A stretch of 61,866 nt of DNA, filler included, from Choristocarpus tenellus KU-1152 (GCA_964200185.2; 12 parts of 12 records of this genome joined end to end with filler, not necessarily neighbours in it); one strand, 5' to 3'. Shown: positions 10,840 to 24,760, counted from the first letter of the whole stretch. Numbers and translations are program-made. The notes: a model not told the origin generated them from the letters alone.

Positions 10840-13739
10840 CTGCAGCAGGCTTTGGGGTGATAATGGGTACTCATATGGAGATGCTACAAGAAAAATTCCA
10901 TGCAAGGGTGACTACACTATGGAGGCAACGCCTCTTTGTTCAGGTGAAGTGTCAGAAAAGTCACTTGGATTCTTTGCTGCAGAGCCAGTTGCATTGGGAA
11001 GGAGGGGGTCGAGGGGGGCAGAGGAAGGGAAGTAGCTAACTCTAGTGACTGTAGTGACTGCAGTGTGGGATTGATCTAAGTGAGGGAAGGTGGCAAGTCA
11101 ATGCTATGTACTCTGGGGTATTGTTGATGTATTGTTGATGTGTTGAAGATTTAGAGTCCTTTGGTGAAAACCTCCAACCTCTGATAGACATCCACAACTG
11201 ATTTTTTGTTTGATAGGGGATTTGGGGACTAGACATAAGGCATAAGACATAAGGGGTTACCCTACCAGAAAGAAAGATCTACCAATAATCTTTTTCAACA
11301 CATTTACGTAGGATAGGGCTAGGGTTAGGGATAGAAGTCCATGTCCCCACGGTAGGGGAAGGAAGGAGGATATCTAGCTAACCAAAAAATAGTAGTCACA
11401 ATTCAAACTTGCAATATATATATATATTATACTTGAAAACGCTCCAAGACCAAGGCTCCACGGTACACAGTCGTAGATGAACCGCTATTGATATATTGAT
11501 ATTTTGATATTTTGTAATGTTGTGTGACAACCTGGCTATGACCTGCTGCTACAAGTCGTTTTGAACAAAAAAAATAGAGTATTTTGATACTTTTGTTGCA
11601 GTAGATAGATGTTTGTTATCTTCCTTGAAGAGAAGAAAAGAATAAACAACAAGTGGCATATATCGTGCGTGTTGTAACATCACACAACAATCACACAACA
11701 ATAGCTAAAGATATTATATTTCCTTCCAGGCATTTCCAAGATTGAAAGCATTGGCAAGGGGGGAGGGGCAGAGAAGCACCAATAGCTCTGTGGAGGGAGA
11801 TGTCATCATGGGAACAAACAGCAATGCCATCACAGCTAAGGACACTAGCTCAAGGCCAGCAGCAGCTGCTCCTCTGCTGGGCCTGCTTCATCTTATACAG
11901 GGTGTACCTTCAGAAGTACTATTGGAAGAACTTGAGGCAGTGGTGCTGACAGTGGTACATGCACTAGGTACTGATTTTGTACCATTGCAATCATCCGCTC
12001 TGGAGGCACTTGAGGCAAGAAAAATAAGACGTGTTAGTGCTTGGAAGGTGAAGGGGAAGTATTATTATTATTATTTTACTGTTGAGTAGGGTTGTGAATC
12101 GAAAGGTTTGGATTGTGTAAGGTCTATTTGACTAGAATGTATGTGTGTGTAAGGTCTATTTGACTTAATTTGAATGGAGTAACAGAGTGAGTGCTCAGGA
12201 AATGGAACCATTTGAGTAAAACCAATTTGATGGGATTATAGCTATTGAATTGTATTGTTCTTATTACTAGCGTGGGGATTGTATATGGGGGGGATAATAG
12301 CTCAGTAAGCATTCCACTAGTGAGAGTTTGACATCTTTCATGAGCTCTGCAATGAAGGGAGCAATGCATTGTGTCTAAATGCATTTCCATACATACGTAC
12401 ATACATACATAGACACATATTATGTAGATATTATGTAGATATAATTTACATTTATTGTTGTAGTCCTCCGTCAAATACATCTTTCAATCCCTTTACCGCT
12501 TAGGACCCTGTTTTGTTTTGGTCAGGTCCTATTGGAAAACTCGCTGGATGCTCTCAGCCCTCATCTCTCTTCTGTTGCTCCACTTCTACTCAAGCTTGCC
12601 CAACACAGTCAAACCAAGGCAACAGAGGAAGGGAATCACAGCGATGTGCCAGTCATGCCACCTAGGTCACGACTTGCTGCTCTCAAATGTTTGATGCACC
12701 TCACCAGGCTTCCATATCCCCGTCTTCACCCTTTCAAGAGTGAGGTGTGTGATGTCATTGATGATTGCTGCTGCTGTGGCCGTAAGTCATGTAGTTGGCT
12801 AGGGCAGTGGTAGGGTGTGTAAAGGTTGCAATATTGACATTGTAGTAGAGAGAGATGATACAAGGTATGAGTCGGATGTGTTTGTACTGTTCTATGACCT
12901 TCCTACAAACCTACAATCCTAGTCGCTGCACTTCCTCTTTGGAATGTCTGCCATATGTGTCTCAAATGTTACTTGGTTCTGCAGTGACTCCCTTAATCGA
13001 ACTTGTGCTGGTGGTGATGATGCTGTTCTGTCACATAATCAGACAGGCGTTGGTGCAAGTATATGTCCTCCACTATGCAAGACATGGATGATAGATGATT
13101 TCTCCGCACTTGAGCTTGAACAAAAAAAAATCCCAGTCACACCTACCTCTATCGAAATGAAATTGGATCTTCTTATTCCCCGTAAATGTTAAGCTGGAGT
13201 ACCTTAGATGGGAGGGATTTTGTCAATTTTGCTGCCAAGGGGCTACCCCATTCTCATGGCTCAAATTCAGGTAGCCCCCATCACGAGTTTACGGATGTAG
13301 GAGAAAAGACCCTCCTGTGGATGGATATGTTGTCATTGGATTAGAGAATGCTGGGAGGCAAAGATGCAAATTAGAAGGCAGCTTATGATAATAACAATGG
13401 CAACTCTCCTATGATAATTTGTCTCAGATTGTTCTCCACAACAAACATACCCCTTCCACTGTGCACATACTCCTAAGATAAGCTCATCTCACCATCCATG
13501 TCCTCTGTTCCTCTTACATCAATATTAGTAACGCGCTTTAGCTGCTTCCATCTTGCAACCTCCTTGAAATGGTCCCCTTCTTGCACCCCTGCTTATACAC
13601 ACCTCACCCTCTCCATGTGGCTCTTGGTGTGGTCCGATCTCAGGTAACACGTTGCCTTCGTGGTCCTTTGGATGACCCTAGACGTGCCATTCGCCAGCAG
13701 GCAGTCAAAGTTAGGAATGCTTGGTTCATTCTTGGATGA
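10840..13739 (+). CDS. MMS19: MMS19 (cytosolic Fe-S assembly targeting factor), C-terminal exons ~10840-10943, 11730-12014, 12526-12744, 13644-13739
   Basis: AGFGVIMG...HARVTTLWRQRLF, RLAALKCLMHLTRLPYPRLHPFKSE|V and LDDPRRAIRQQAVKVRNAWFILG* match the MMS19 C-terminus; all joins are phase 0; intron 12015-12525 is GC-AG. Confidence 0.9.
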
Positions 13740-15028
13740 TTCGGGCGGAGGTGGCTTGCATCTTTTCCTTTTTGAGTATGTGTGCTGAACAGGTTTCAAA
13801 TGAAGTTTTGGATTTGAAGTCCATTCATTGCCACATAGAGGGAGGCATGGAAGAGAGAGAAGATAGAGTGTACTTCACCATTTACACAGCTTCATGAGCA
13901 CCTTGCATATGAATCACAATATGCCAGGGATAGGCCGACGAATTTCTGAGACTACAAGTGCTTGTCGGATGAATGTCGACCAGTAGCAGTGCAACATCCA
14001 AATGCCCATCTATGAAAAGCGGGCAAGGGAGAGAGACACAAGAGGAAGGACAGGCAAACAGGCAAATAATATGGTACATAAGGTGGAATCTACATGTATA
14101 CTTGTATTTTTGCTTCATAATCGTCATTTCGGTACTGACCATGGTATGTATGTGTGTATGTATGTGTGTGTTGCTTACACGGGAATTATTCGTTTTTCCT
14201 TTGTAGGTACTACCCCATAGAGCTCCACAGTATTAAGAGATTCTCCTATATAATATAATTATAGGCATAACATATATCTGCGCATAGATGGGTTGTGATC
14301 ACCCAAAAATGAATCGAAATTTCTTCTTTTTCGCAGCTTATTCTGTGATGACATTTGCAGAAACGACCTGTGCTTTCTGGTCTGTGATGAGGGGTTCAGA
14401 ACCATTAATGGTATCTTACGTGTGTGTAGTAGTATATTGAATGTAACCGCCGACAGTGCAGGGAAAATGAANNNNNNNNNNNNNNNNNNNNNNNNNNNNN
14501 NNNNNNNNNNNNNNNTTAATTAATTAANNNNNNNNNNNNNNNNNNNNNNNNNNNNNNNNNNNNNNNNNNNNCTACGGCAACAAGCCCCCCCCCCCTCATG
14601 TCCCCTACTTGCTCTCCCTTTCTCATCCATAGCGCTGTCTCCTTCGGGGAAGAAGAAGGGGATTGCCAAAGCTTATCACTTGCAGTGCTTCACCGTGTTC
14701 TCTGAACCTGAGAAGGATGAAAGGAACTTTCATCCTGATTGATCCAGTCTCACCTATTTTGTTTATTATTTACAATTCAAACACCTATAGTGTATTTCTA
14801 TATTTGGCGAGTTGTGTGCAGATGTCGCGCGCGGTTCCTATCGTCTAAAACTGCAACTTCTCCCAAAACTTTTATCAAGTACTCTGTGGTTGACTGTGCC
14901 ATTTCCTGCACCAACAGGGGTTGTATCTCCTTTCATGCATGCAGTTAGTCGCATCATTCGCTTGCCCGTTCAGCTGCTATGCGGTGAGAATATCATTATC
15001 ATGGGCTTTTAGAGATGACTTGGCGACG

Positions 15029-18000
15029 ATGCAAAGGGTTTGTTACCAGGATAACTTCCCTTTCAGTGCCTGTGAGTCTCTAGGTCTGGACTCCTGGGAT
15101 CCCTCAAAGTTTACTAGATCCTCATTACTCCAGTAGAAAAATGTACCGAACTCAGTTGCATGTTTGTATTTGGCAGGTGGAGTTCAGTCCCTTCGAAGAG
15201 CAGAGAGTGGCGGTCGCCACAGCGCAGTACTTCGGCATTATTGGCAACGGCAGGCTCCATGTGCTTGACACTATCCCAGGGGAGAGGATGATGGAGGAGA
15301 GTGACCCCCATACCTGAGAGATCCTTTACTCGCTGGTCTAAAAAGCTGGAAGGCAGTGCGTCTTTTGGGGACTGGTGATATATCCTCACCATTTTTATTT
15401 CTTTTTGGGTGATAAATGGGTATTGTGCATGCTGACTGCGACCTTGTCCCAGGTCTCGGAGCTTTAGGCAGGGATGTCGATCCACCGACGTTTCCGTGTT
15501 CGTATGGTCTCAGTTTGGCATATGCTGGACTTACGGCGCCGTGTAAGCAATCTTCACTCCTTGATCGACTTCAGAGCAAGCACTCATCGCAGGTTCTTGT
15601 GGCAATAATCTTATTTCTGGGGGAGGTCCAAAAACAGCGACAAAAGAATTAGCCCTAATCACTCCCGAAGCAAACCTCCCGAGGTTGCCAACCCAGATGT
15701 CTTCCCCTTGTCTTCCCCCTCATCTTCCAATGGCATCGTATCTGTTACAAACGAACGGTGTGCTTCGTCGCCCTCCCCACTCCTGCTTCTCCGTAATACT
15801 GTTTGTGCTACAAACCTCAACCCTTGTGGGACAGATGCGTAGTTTCGAAACACAGGCTGGCCTCTACGACTGCAGCTGGAACGAGGCCAACCAAGGCCAG
15901 GTACTGACTGCTGGCACGGGTGAGATATTTCAAAGATTTGAAATGCACTGATGATACACTCAAGAGGGGTAGGGGCGTATGTGTGTCTGTAGGCGGGTGG
16001 GAAGGGGGTGGGGATGGGTGCGGATCCGAAATATTTGTTGAACGGCCCTTGTTGAATATATTACACTGATATAGGCAATTTGATAGGTAGGGATAGGTTG
16101 TGCTGCTGCATATTTTTTAAGAGAAGGTGCAGGTACCCCTGTACATACAAGATTTTATTGGAGCTAGGGCTGCTGGACTGTGTGCATACTGAGTGCGTGT
16201 GAAGTGTGTGCTTGAAGGATATAGACCTGAAGGCACTCTTCCAGCAGGATGGGCTGCAAACTAACGTTAAGATTTAAGCAGGAGATGCGACGACCCAGAG
16301 TACTACAGTAGCACAGAGAATCCTCTCAATCCTACATGGCACTACAGAGATAGAAAGTTGTCCTACAGGGCACGTCAGCACCAAATAGCATTTTATAAAA
16401 TTTATTTTGGTTTGGGTACAGCAAGGTTTTCTTCCTAGCATACTTCTGAGCAAATGGACCACTAGTGGACATGTGTGTGTTGTGTTCAAGGTCGTACATT
16501 CAACCGCTAGTCCCTAAGGGTTAGGGTGTCATCAATTTTTTTAGTTAAGATGCCTGACTCCGAACCTGACTTGTTGCCACACTTTTTGTGTGACAGGAGG
16601 CATCCCTTGATTGCAATGTATTATAGCGACTTGTCAATAAGCATGAGCTAATACTGTGAATGGTGCTTGAATTTCGCGATCCCTAGTGAAGAAGATGAAC
16701 TGTCAACGCCAAGGATGCTTGTTTGGCAGCCCTTTTTGGTAGACACGATGACTTCCGACCAACAGCACACACACACACACACATATATTTAGTATAGGGT
16801 AGTTAGTGCAATTGCTTCAGCACTGAAGCGATGACTGATCTATCTCTAGGGTGGATTTCCATTGGCAATGGAAACACATGTGGTAATAAAAGCCTAAAGA
16901 TTTGTGATCTAATCAGCACTTCCAATATCCCATATTTTGGAATCTTTTGAAGTGTGAGATCTCTCGTGCATGTAGTTATTTGTCTGGTCTTCTCTTTTTC
17001 CTTCACACTGCTGCCCATTCCTGATTTCTTCACAACTTTTCTTTTTTTCTGGTGCGAAAAAAAACATTTTTTGAAAAATGGAACCGTATTGTTATTGCTC
17101 CCTCTGGAGACGGTGTGATCAAGCTGTGGGACCTGGGGACCAGAGATGGCTTTCCAGTAGGAGATTGGAGGGAGCACACTAGAGGTTTGGCCTACTATAA
17201 AATAAATTTATTCACCTATGTATTCTAGTCATTGTTGTACGCAATGTTTTGATCACAGGTATTGGTGAGAAGACCATTCCACGAGGGGCTGGCCAAGAGT
17301 GGAATTTGCCTTGTTTGTGTTTAGAGAGAGTGGAAGGGATTGTTTGATTGGGATAGTATGTCCTGGGGTTAGGGTTAGGGATGCGACTTGTGGAAGGGGC
17401 AAGGGAGGCTCTATTAGTGCAGGATGCATTCATCCCTTGGGTGTCATTCAACTTGAATGCGCCTCCTCTTGAGTGTATGTTGCGTTTTTTGTGTTGGTCT
17501 TCCCTTCACCTTAATGTAAGTGTGTCTCTTGCTTTTATCTTCAATATTAAATCCTCCCACTGTGTAGTGCTGCATGGGCATGGTTAGTTGACCGTCTCTG
17601 TGAACCTTGTTCAGTGTGCAGAATTATGCCACGGATGATGTAGGCATCTTTATTGGCATTCTTGGAATGGTGTTTTAGAGGCAGTGCCGGATCAATCTTA
17701 CAGCAATTTGGTTGAGACCTAATCAGAGTGCTCAGGAAAACTAACTGCTCGCATGTGTCCAAGGTTTGCAAGTTTGACTTTTTCTAGTGTACCCTGAGTC
17801 CTGAACTATCATTGGCAGCACTTAAGTGTATATGTCTTGTGAAAAACTCCTCCATTCGAATGAAACCTAGGCATCAATCTCACACTTGACATACCTTTAG
17901 CCCCCCTGTCATGAGAACAAGTAAGGCCATCCATTGTCCAGAAGTCTTCCTTTTCTACTGCTATCACCTGAATATGAGGTTTGCCGCAATTGATAGCTGA

Positions 18001-21000
18001 GGTGTCACACAGAATTTCAGCTTTCAGTACACCCTGCCTTGTTTTGAGTGACTGATTTCGAGAAGGTACTATTTGCTGGGGTGTGATTCAAACCGTTGAT
18101 AGGCCACACTCTGGGAACAGTATAGCAACACTCCTCTACCATGATGCTTCAACCATGAATGTTGCTGTTTTATGTATGGTGACTGCATTGACCATGGCGA
18201 CAATTTTGGACCTGTACTGTGCTGCCTGTAGCCCTGCACCACTGCCAGTGTACTTGTGTTCTTAGAGTGCAACCTGTAGCGCTCCTGGGCAATGCTCCTG
18301 GGCCACTGTTGTGAGATAATTGATTACTCGAGGGTATGTTTGATACTACAATCCCAAGGAGCAAGCAACTTCATTGTAGTGTCTCATTCAATGACCTTGC
18401 ACTGTAGTTGCCCCACGCACACCACTGGAGGGTTTGGTATTGCACCAATAAGTTCTCTTGATAATATTTTTTATTCTAGTTTTTTTTAACACTTTTTTTG
18501 GTACATGTATTTGACGATGAGTACGTCAAGTCTTGCATTTTGTTTGTTTCTAATTTTGAGCAAGAATTACTGAACTCGAGAAGGGTTAGGGACAGGTTTG
18601 CTGTGATTGAGCCAGCTTTTTGCATTGTCAAAAACACTCTAAAAAAGCAAAAAAATGCTGGAAACCCTTCCCCAAGTACACACAACACATATTCTTTTGC
18701 ATTAGACAAGCCAGCTCATGTTCTTTTGGATCAGGGTTAGGGTTAGGGTTAGGGTTAGGCAAGATAAGCGCGTCGCTCTTAGATCACTTTTGAGGTAACC
18801 CTTCCGCCCTGTTAGGTTAGGTTTGATCGATACAGATTTCCCTGCAAACAGAAGGCTCCTGTCAATTGCAACGGCCTTATCTAGTCCCAACCGCCTAGTC
18901 CCAACCGCCCGACTTTGTGAAACCTTTTTTTTTTTTCAAGAGGTGTCTGGAGTTGACTGGAACCTGGTGTCGAAAGATATCTTTGCCTCGGCATCTTGGG
19001 ACAGTACCGTGCGTATCTGGTCACCGAGATCTCAGGCATCGCTACGGGTCATCACAGACCATGCTGAGAGGGGCGGGCCAAGCTCCTCTGTATATGGTTA
19101 GATCTGAGCTTCACTGCTGTCGAAAATCTGATTGTCAGTGCTATGATACTCTGATTGTTAGTACTGGGAAACTTGGTGCAGATCATTTTCTTGCCAGTCT
19201 TTTTTTGGTATGTACTTCCTTGCCAGTGCTATTCTTGTTGCAAGGGCTTTCTTTTCATTGCTTCTACCTTCCCTGCTGACTGAGTACTGTGGCTTTTGTG
19301 CTTTCAATAAAATATTAATAATAATATCAATAATATCAATATTATCAATAATATCAATAATATCAATAATATCAATAGGTGCCATCTGGGCGCCGCACAG
19401 TCCGAAACTTCTGTTGTCCTTCTCTGGGGATGGAACAGCGAGGGTGCTTGACACTGTCAACCCTCAAGCCACTGCTGTGGTAAGAATGTGCTATTAAATT
19501 GGAGACGAGCTTAGTGTTAGGATTGGTTTGGGTCTATGGCTAGGGTTAGGGGTTAGGGTCAGGTTTGCGATATTTATGTGTATGTTCTATGATGATGTTA
19601 AGGAGTTGGTACTTGTCAAGGGTTAATTGTGGTCGTATGTATGTAATTGTGGGTAGGGGTACAAGGAGCAGCTAGTTATGTTGTGTCCCTGTCTACTTGA
19701 CGTCAAATGATACTCTTATGTCATGAATGGATTATTTAATCTAAATCCCCAGGTGTGTAATCAGCAGGGTGTGATGTGGGTCATAGTGTTTAATCTGAGG
19801 CACTTGGTATTCCCTTGATACACCTCTGTATATATCTGTCCATTACAGCAGGTTAGCAATGAAAAACAATCATCCCTTATCCATCTCCCATGTCATGTCT
19901 ACCTGGTAAAACTTGCTGCCTTTCAGTGTCTTAAGGTTTAGGGGAGATGGATATTCTCTTTAGTCATAGGTGCAATGGGGATGGATAAACAGTTGTACTA
20001 CTTAGGGTTAGGGTTAGGGTTATGGATCTCATTAGGGTTCAAACTTTGATTTTCTTGAAGTGTTTTGTGTGGGAAGAGGGATGTTATTGTTGAAATGATG
20101 GTTACATGCTGCACTGTAAGCTGGAGCTCGATGTCTAAAGGAAGGGAATGGGCCGAGATTAGCGTAGAGGGTATACCTTGGTTAAGTTTTTGTCGTGGAG
20201 GAAATGCTTTGCTTCCAGGGGACAGTTGGACTATGCGATGTTGTCTTAAGGTGTACATGTGTTAGCCACTGACACAGGAACTGTCTCTGTTGGGTGCAAT
20301 TACAAAGCATTCCCATTCGTAGTGTTTGCCGTTGCACTTGATTTGCCCATCTGTTCATTTTTTTCAGTGATTTTAAGAATAGAAAAAGACTTGTGAGTCT
20401 CAACCCCAACCTGGAGATCATCTCTCAATTCTCTAACAGTGTTCAGTGCTAAGAATGCCTGAGGTTGAACCTGTTGTTTTTGAAAGAGTTTTGTTGTGTA
20501 TCAGGTGTTTTCCCGTCACATGATGCTGTTTAGATTATAGTCCGCGGGTGCCTTTTGTTGTCTTGGGTCTACCTTGGCCTAATAATCAATGTTGGACGGA
20601 GGGTCCATCTCAAATCGGCTTGGAAATGGCCCGCTGAAGGACCTCATGTCTCTTTTGACCTAACATTGTGATTTTTTCAGGTTCAGGTACTGGGATTGTT
20701 CGAGATAGTATGTGCCACAATATGCCTTAAGTATTGCATAGCTGATTGGCTGCGTTAGGGTTGATGCCAAGACACTGACAATACAAAAAATAAGAATAAG
20801 ATGAAGGCCTCAAGATTACAAGACGATCCCCACTGGATCTGAACCTGCCACAATACTAGCACCCTGACCAAGTGCTAACCCCAATTTAGGGCATGGGTGA
20901 ACGCTATGTTGTGCAAGGCGCTTGTCGCATTGCACAGTTCCTGTCCCCCTCTGAGCTAACTCTATGCTCTCTGCATCCCAGAAACTTGACCATCACCAAG

Positions 21001-23691
21001 GCCAGGAGGTGCTCTCTGGAGACTGGGACAAGTACAACCCCAACCTGGTGTCAACAGGATGTGCAGGTCACGCCATTTTCACATGGGACCTTCGCAACCC
21101 CAGGTACTGGTTCTGGTACTGGTACTGGTACTGGTACTAGTATGTCTGAACCACTCTCTCTTTTTTTTTGTACAGATAAAGTTGGTGAGTGCGACCGCGT
21201 ATGCAGGATGTTCTGTGTTAGGACAGAACACCTTTGTTATCTCCTCCAAGTTCCGACTCCTGTTGGCACTTTGGTTTTAATATCCAATCGCAGCATGCTG
21301 TCTTGCTTCGTTTCAGTGCAGCTTCAATTCCAGTTAAGGCTGTAGGTGGAAGGACTGTAGCAGTTACCTGTGCAATCATCACTCCGCTTAAGAAGGTGTA
21401 CCTGCCCCAGTCCACCTGTTTTGACAGACTCAAATCACCTAACAGGCTTACATGCAATGAGATTTGTGGCTGCAGTTCGTGGTCTGGTGTGCCTTGAAGC
21501 GGACTTCCTTCGAGAAAGGGTTGTAGTGGCTCAGAACGTGGCCGCTTGGGAACCCCAAGTATTGATGACTGGTACAATTCAGTCAGTCATGAAGTAAGGC
21601 CCTTGTCCTATGATATTGTTCCTTGCCTTTGATACGGAGAACACAAGCAACATTAGATGCAATGAAAGTCTCCAAGTAATTTTTGTCTGTGCCAACAGGT
21701 CCTCAAGCACGAGTGCCCATCCCAAAATGCCATTTTTGCCTTTTACGGCCATGGTGGATCTCCTTAGATCGCTCTCCTCTGTCTTCAACCTATGAAAGAG
21801 TGGTGTTGCATTATGCTTGCTATCAGACACCAAGCTACCTCCCTACCGACCACCACCACACTGTATCTCAGTCTTATCTTCTCATTGGTTTGTCCACTAC
21901 CTCATCAGCCGCACATGTATCATGGTACTTCCAACCTCAACTACATCCTCTACTGTCCCATCCCTCATGTCCAGGATCAAGCACAGCCCATGTCACACAT
22001 CCTCCCGCTCTTCTAGCTGTATCCATTCCATTGTTGCTGGTAAAACAGTGGGACTGGCAAAGTCTTGATCTGAATCCTGTCCGATACCTCAACCACCTCA
22101 GCTGTATGATGTCCTCACTTTCTTGTTCTTTAGGGATGTAAACTCCTAGAATCTGGAGGAGCTTTGTCGGGTGTTTAATATTGGGTCACCTTCAGTTTGG
22201 GCTTGCGTTTGTTGATGCTGTTAGAGTTGTATTTGATATTATACATAGCAGTGACCCGCGACCCCAGAGACTGGCTCTAACCCGTGCAGGCTGGTAGAAT
22301 TCGCTTGTGGGAAGTTGTTGGCTACAGAGTGGCCACAGGGTTTGCACCGCTGATGCCTTGTGCTGGTAGTGAAATCAGCATTTCAACTGTTGAACAAGAA
22401 GGCATAGTGGCTTTGATGTGGCACCAGGGGAGATACAGCAATATTTTATTGGGCACACCATATCAAAAGTCTGTACACAAGAAGGTATCATAGCTGCTCA
22501 CTCTGAGGCATTCTCCTTTTAGCGTCTCTGTCCAGTGTAAGCCCTGCCTGCCCGGTGTGACCCCAAACCTGTCTTTTGTCCCAACTATGCAAGCATGATC
22601 GTGCTGACTGATTTCACTCCCCTTTTAATTGGCGAGTGTGCCCCTACTACCACCTGCATTTGAAATTGATTTGGAGTGTGTTTATTTTTTCTGAGTTTTT
22701 CGTAAGATTTTTTGGTCGCTTTGGTATGGTTTTTATGTTTATTCAAAGTACCCTAAGGTGTATGAAGTGTAACAATACGTGCCAGTACTTCCCTTGCCGT
22801 GTGCTATAGAGTACAGAGTGTGCTTATCTCAATTCAAGTTAATGTTGCACAGTGTCCCTTCTGGATTATTTTGCAACCTCTTTCACCACGCTGCCTTCCA
22901 AGACTGGAGTCCCACCTACATCTCTACCACTGAACCATCTTGAAAACGACTCGGACCACTGCTTCCTCTGTCCAACATCACTTCGAACAGCTTCCAGGGC
23001 AAGCAATTGATGCTCAAGATGCGACTAGATTTTCAAGTCTTTTGTAGGAATATTGCAATAGCCAATGATGAGATAACCATAAAATCTCGCGAAAAATCCC
23101 ACGTGTCTTATACGTTCTCTTTGCACCCGAGGTGAAGCTGTAAGAAACGCCTTCCTGATGCAGTATTTGTCCCTATCCAAAAACTACTGTTAGAACCAAT
23201 GCTGAACAGAGGAGGTATCCCTAATTGTAAACAGCACGCACATATCAATACAGCTCATGTGCCCAATGTCCCCCTCCTTGTCCCATGTGCTTCTTTGACT
23301 TTTTTTACTCAGTCGCCCCCTGGCTACCCTGCTTGGCCATACCTATGCAATCCGAAGGATACAGTGCTCACCCCATGCAACAGGGGTATTAGCTTCTGCC
23401 TCATACGACATGACTGTCTTGCTGTGGGACTCTCTGGTATCTAGTCGTACACATGGAGCTGGGGCAATCCCAGGGGGAAGACTGAGCACGATCCATAGGG
23501 CTGGGGGAGGTGCCAGAGCAGAGGGATTGATGGGATTGCCTGAAAGTGTCCTGGACGTTTGCTCTGGGCATACAGAGTTTGTGTCAGGTCTATCTTTCAA
23601 TCTCTTTTCTTCGAGTCTTTTAGCCAGTTGTGCCTGGGACAGGAAGGTGTGCCTGTGGAGGTATCCTCCACGTGAATCGGTGTTTGGCTGA
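15029..23691 (+). CDS. PEX7: Peroxisomal PTS2 receptor (WD40); exons 15177-15296, 15835-15919, 17110-17184, 18941-19096, 19379-19479, 20982-21103, 23313-23691; first exon unresolved
   Basis: VEFSPFEEQRVAVATAQYFGIIGNGR, LYDCSWNE, EHTREVSGVDWN, SASWDSTVRIW, DWDKYNPN, GHTYAIRRIQCSPH..LASASYDMTV and HTEFVSGL..LASCAWD are diagnostic PEX7 motifs in the expected order. Confidence 0.92.
17550..18480 (-). mobile_element. Highly degraded LINE-like fragment in PEX7 intron
   Basis: Scattered RT-downstream-like peptides (QLVFLSTLI, VLKAEIL) with many stops. Confidence 0.3.
19310..19376 (+). repeat. (ATAATATCA)n minisatellite abutting a PEX7 splice acceptor
   Basis: About 6-7 copies of a 9-mer ending at the AG at 19377-19378. 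Confidence 0.9.
20200..23050 (-). mobile_element. Degraded LINE-like fragments in the PEX7 introns either side of exon 20982-21103
   Basis: Remnant peptides YGVPNKIL (RT region) and GWALVLEDL...LVFSV (3' region); stop-riddled. Confidence 0.35.
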
Positions 23692-24429
23692 TGTAGCGTG
23701 TGAAGTACACAGGAGATAGGTTGGCAAGGTAAGAAGAGCCAAACCAACTGAGAGGTAGAGGCAAGTTTGGACCCTTTTTGCATCCTAGGCCAACTTTCTT
23801 CCCCTGAGCGATACAATCTTATCTCATTGCTTTTATGTGCACAAGAGTGTAGGAAAAAATTATATTCCCCCTTTCCACACACAAAGTGACACCACAGTAG
23901 AAGTAAGGGTGCTTTTGGCAATTGTACAACATAGTATATTTTTGCTCTTTCTTGGGATCCTCTTTCAACCCTGCCTACCTCTCACTTGGTTTAACTACGA
24001 ATCAGTATTTATCCCCTCACCATCTGATGTAACATTTCGTAATGCTTCCAATCTGTCAGGATGCAAAGAACATGCACTTAGTGCATTGGAAGGTTTGGGG
24101 ACTTCGTGGTGGCAGAAGACGTTCATCACAGTCATATTGGGAGTATGTTGAGGAGGAGAGAACAAAGTTCTGGTCTAAGAAGTGAGCATGCCACCCACAC
24201 CCTCTGCATTGAGTAGATGAGATGTGCCAATGGGTTCCATTCATGAAGATGGCCAAGCACGCACACAGATCAAACCTCATTTCACAACTCATTTCACCTT
24301 TGCTGTGTTGTCAAGAATTGAAAACCTTTCATCATCCCCTTCGTACTTCAATACAAAATTATACCACAACCAAAACCATAATGTCTGAGAACTTAATGTG
24401 TTAATGTGACATACTCCGATGAAGAAAGT

Positions 24430-24462
24430 GACCCAAAGTATCTGTGGTGGGGGGGGGGGGGC
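24430..24462 (+). mobile_element. Sola2-like TIR end
   Basis: GACCCAAAGTATCT followed by a G-rich run near the contig end. Confidence 0.55.
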
Positions 24463-24677
24463 TAGACAAGGAGAGAAAGAGAGTAAATAGCGGTGAAAGG
24501 GGGATTATAATAAAAANNNNNNNNNNNNNNNNNNNNNNNNNNNNNNNNNNNNNNNNNNNNTTAATTAATTAANNNNNNNNNNNNNNNNNNNNNNNNNNNN
24601 NNNNNNNNNNNNNNNNGGGCAAGCTTGGGCATGTCTTCTAGTTTGAAGTTATGGTATGGGAGTAGATGATCGGGGGG

Positions 24678-24760
24678 ATATTCTTAGATGAATGTGGAAT
24701 ATTCTTAGATGAATGTGGAATATTCTTAGATGAATGTGGAATATTGTGGAGGAATGTGGA
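24678..24760 (+). repeat. 21-bp tandem repeat (ATATTCTTAGATGAATGTGGA)x3
   Basis: Seen directly. Confidence 0.85.
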
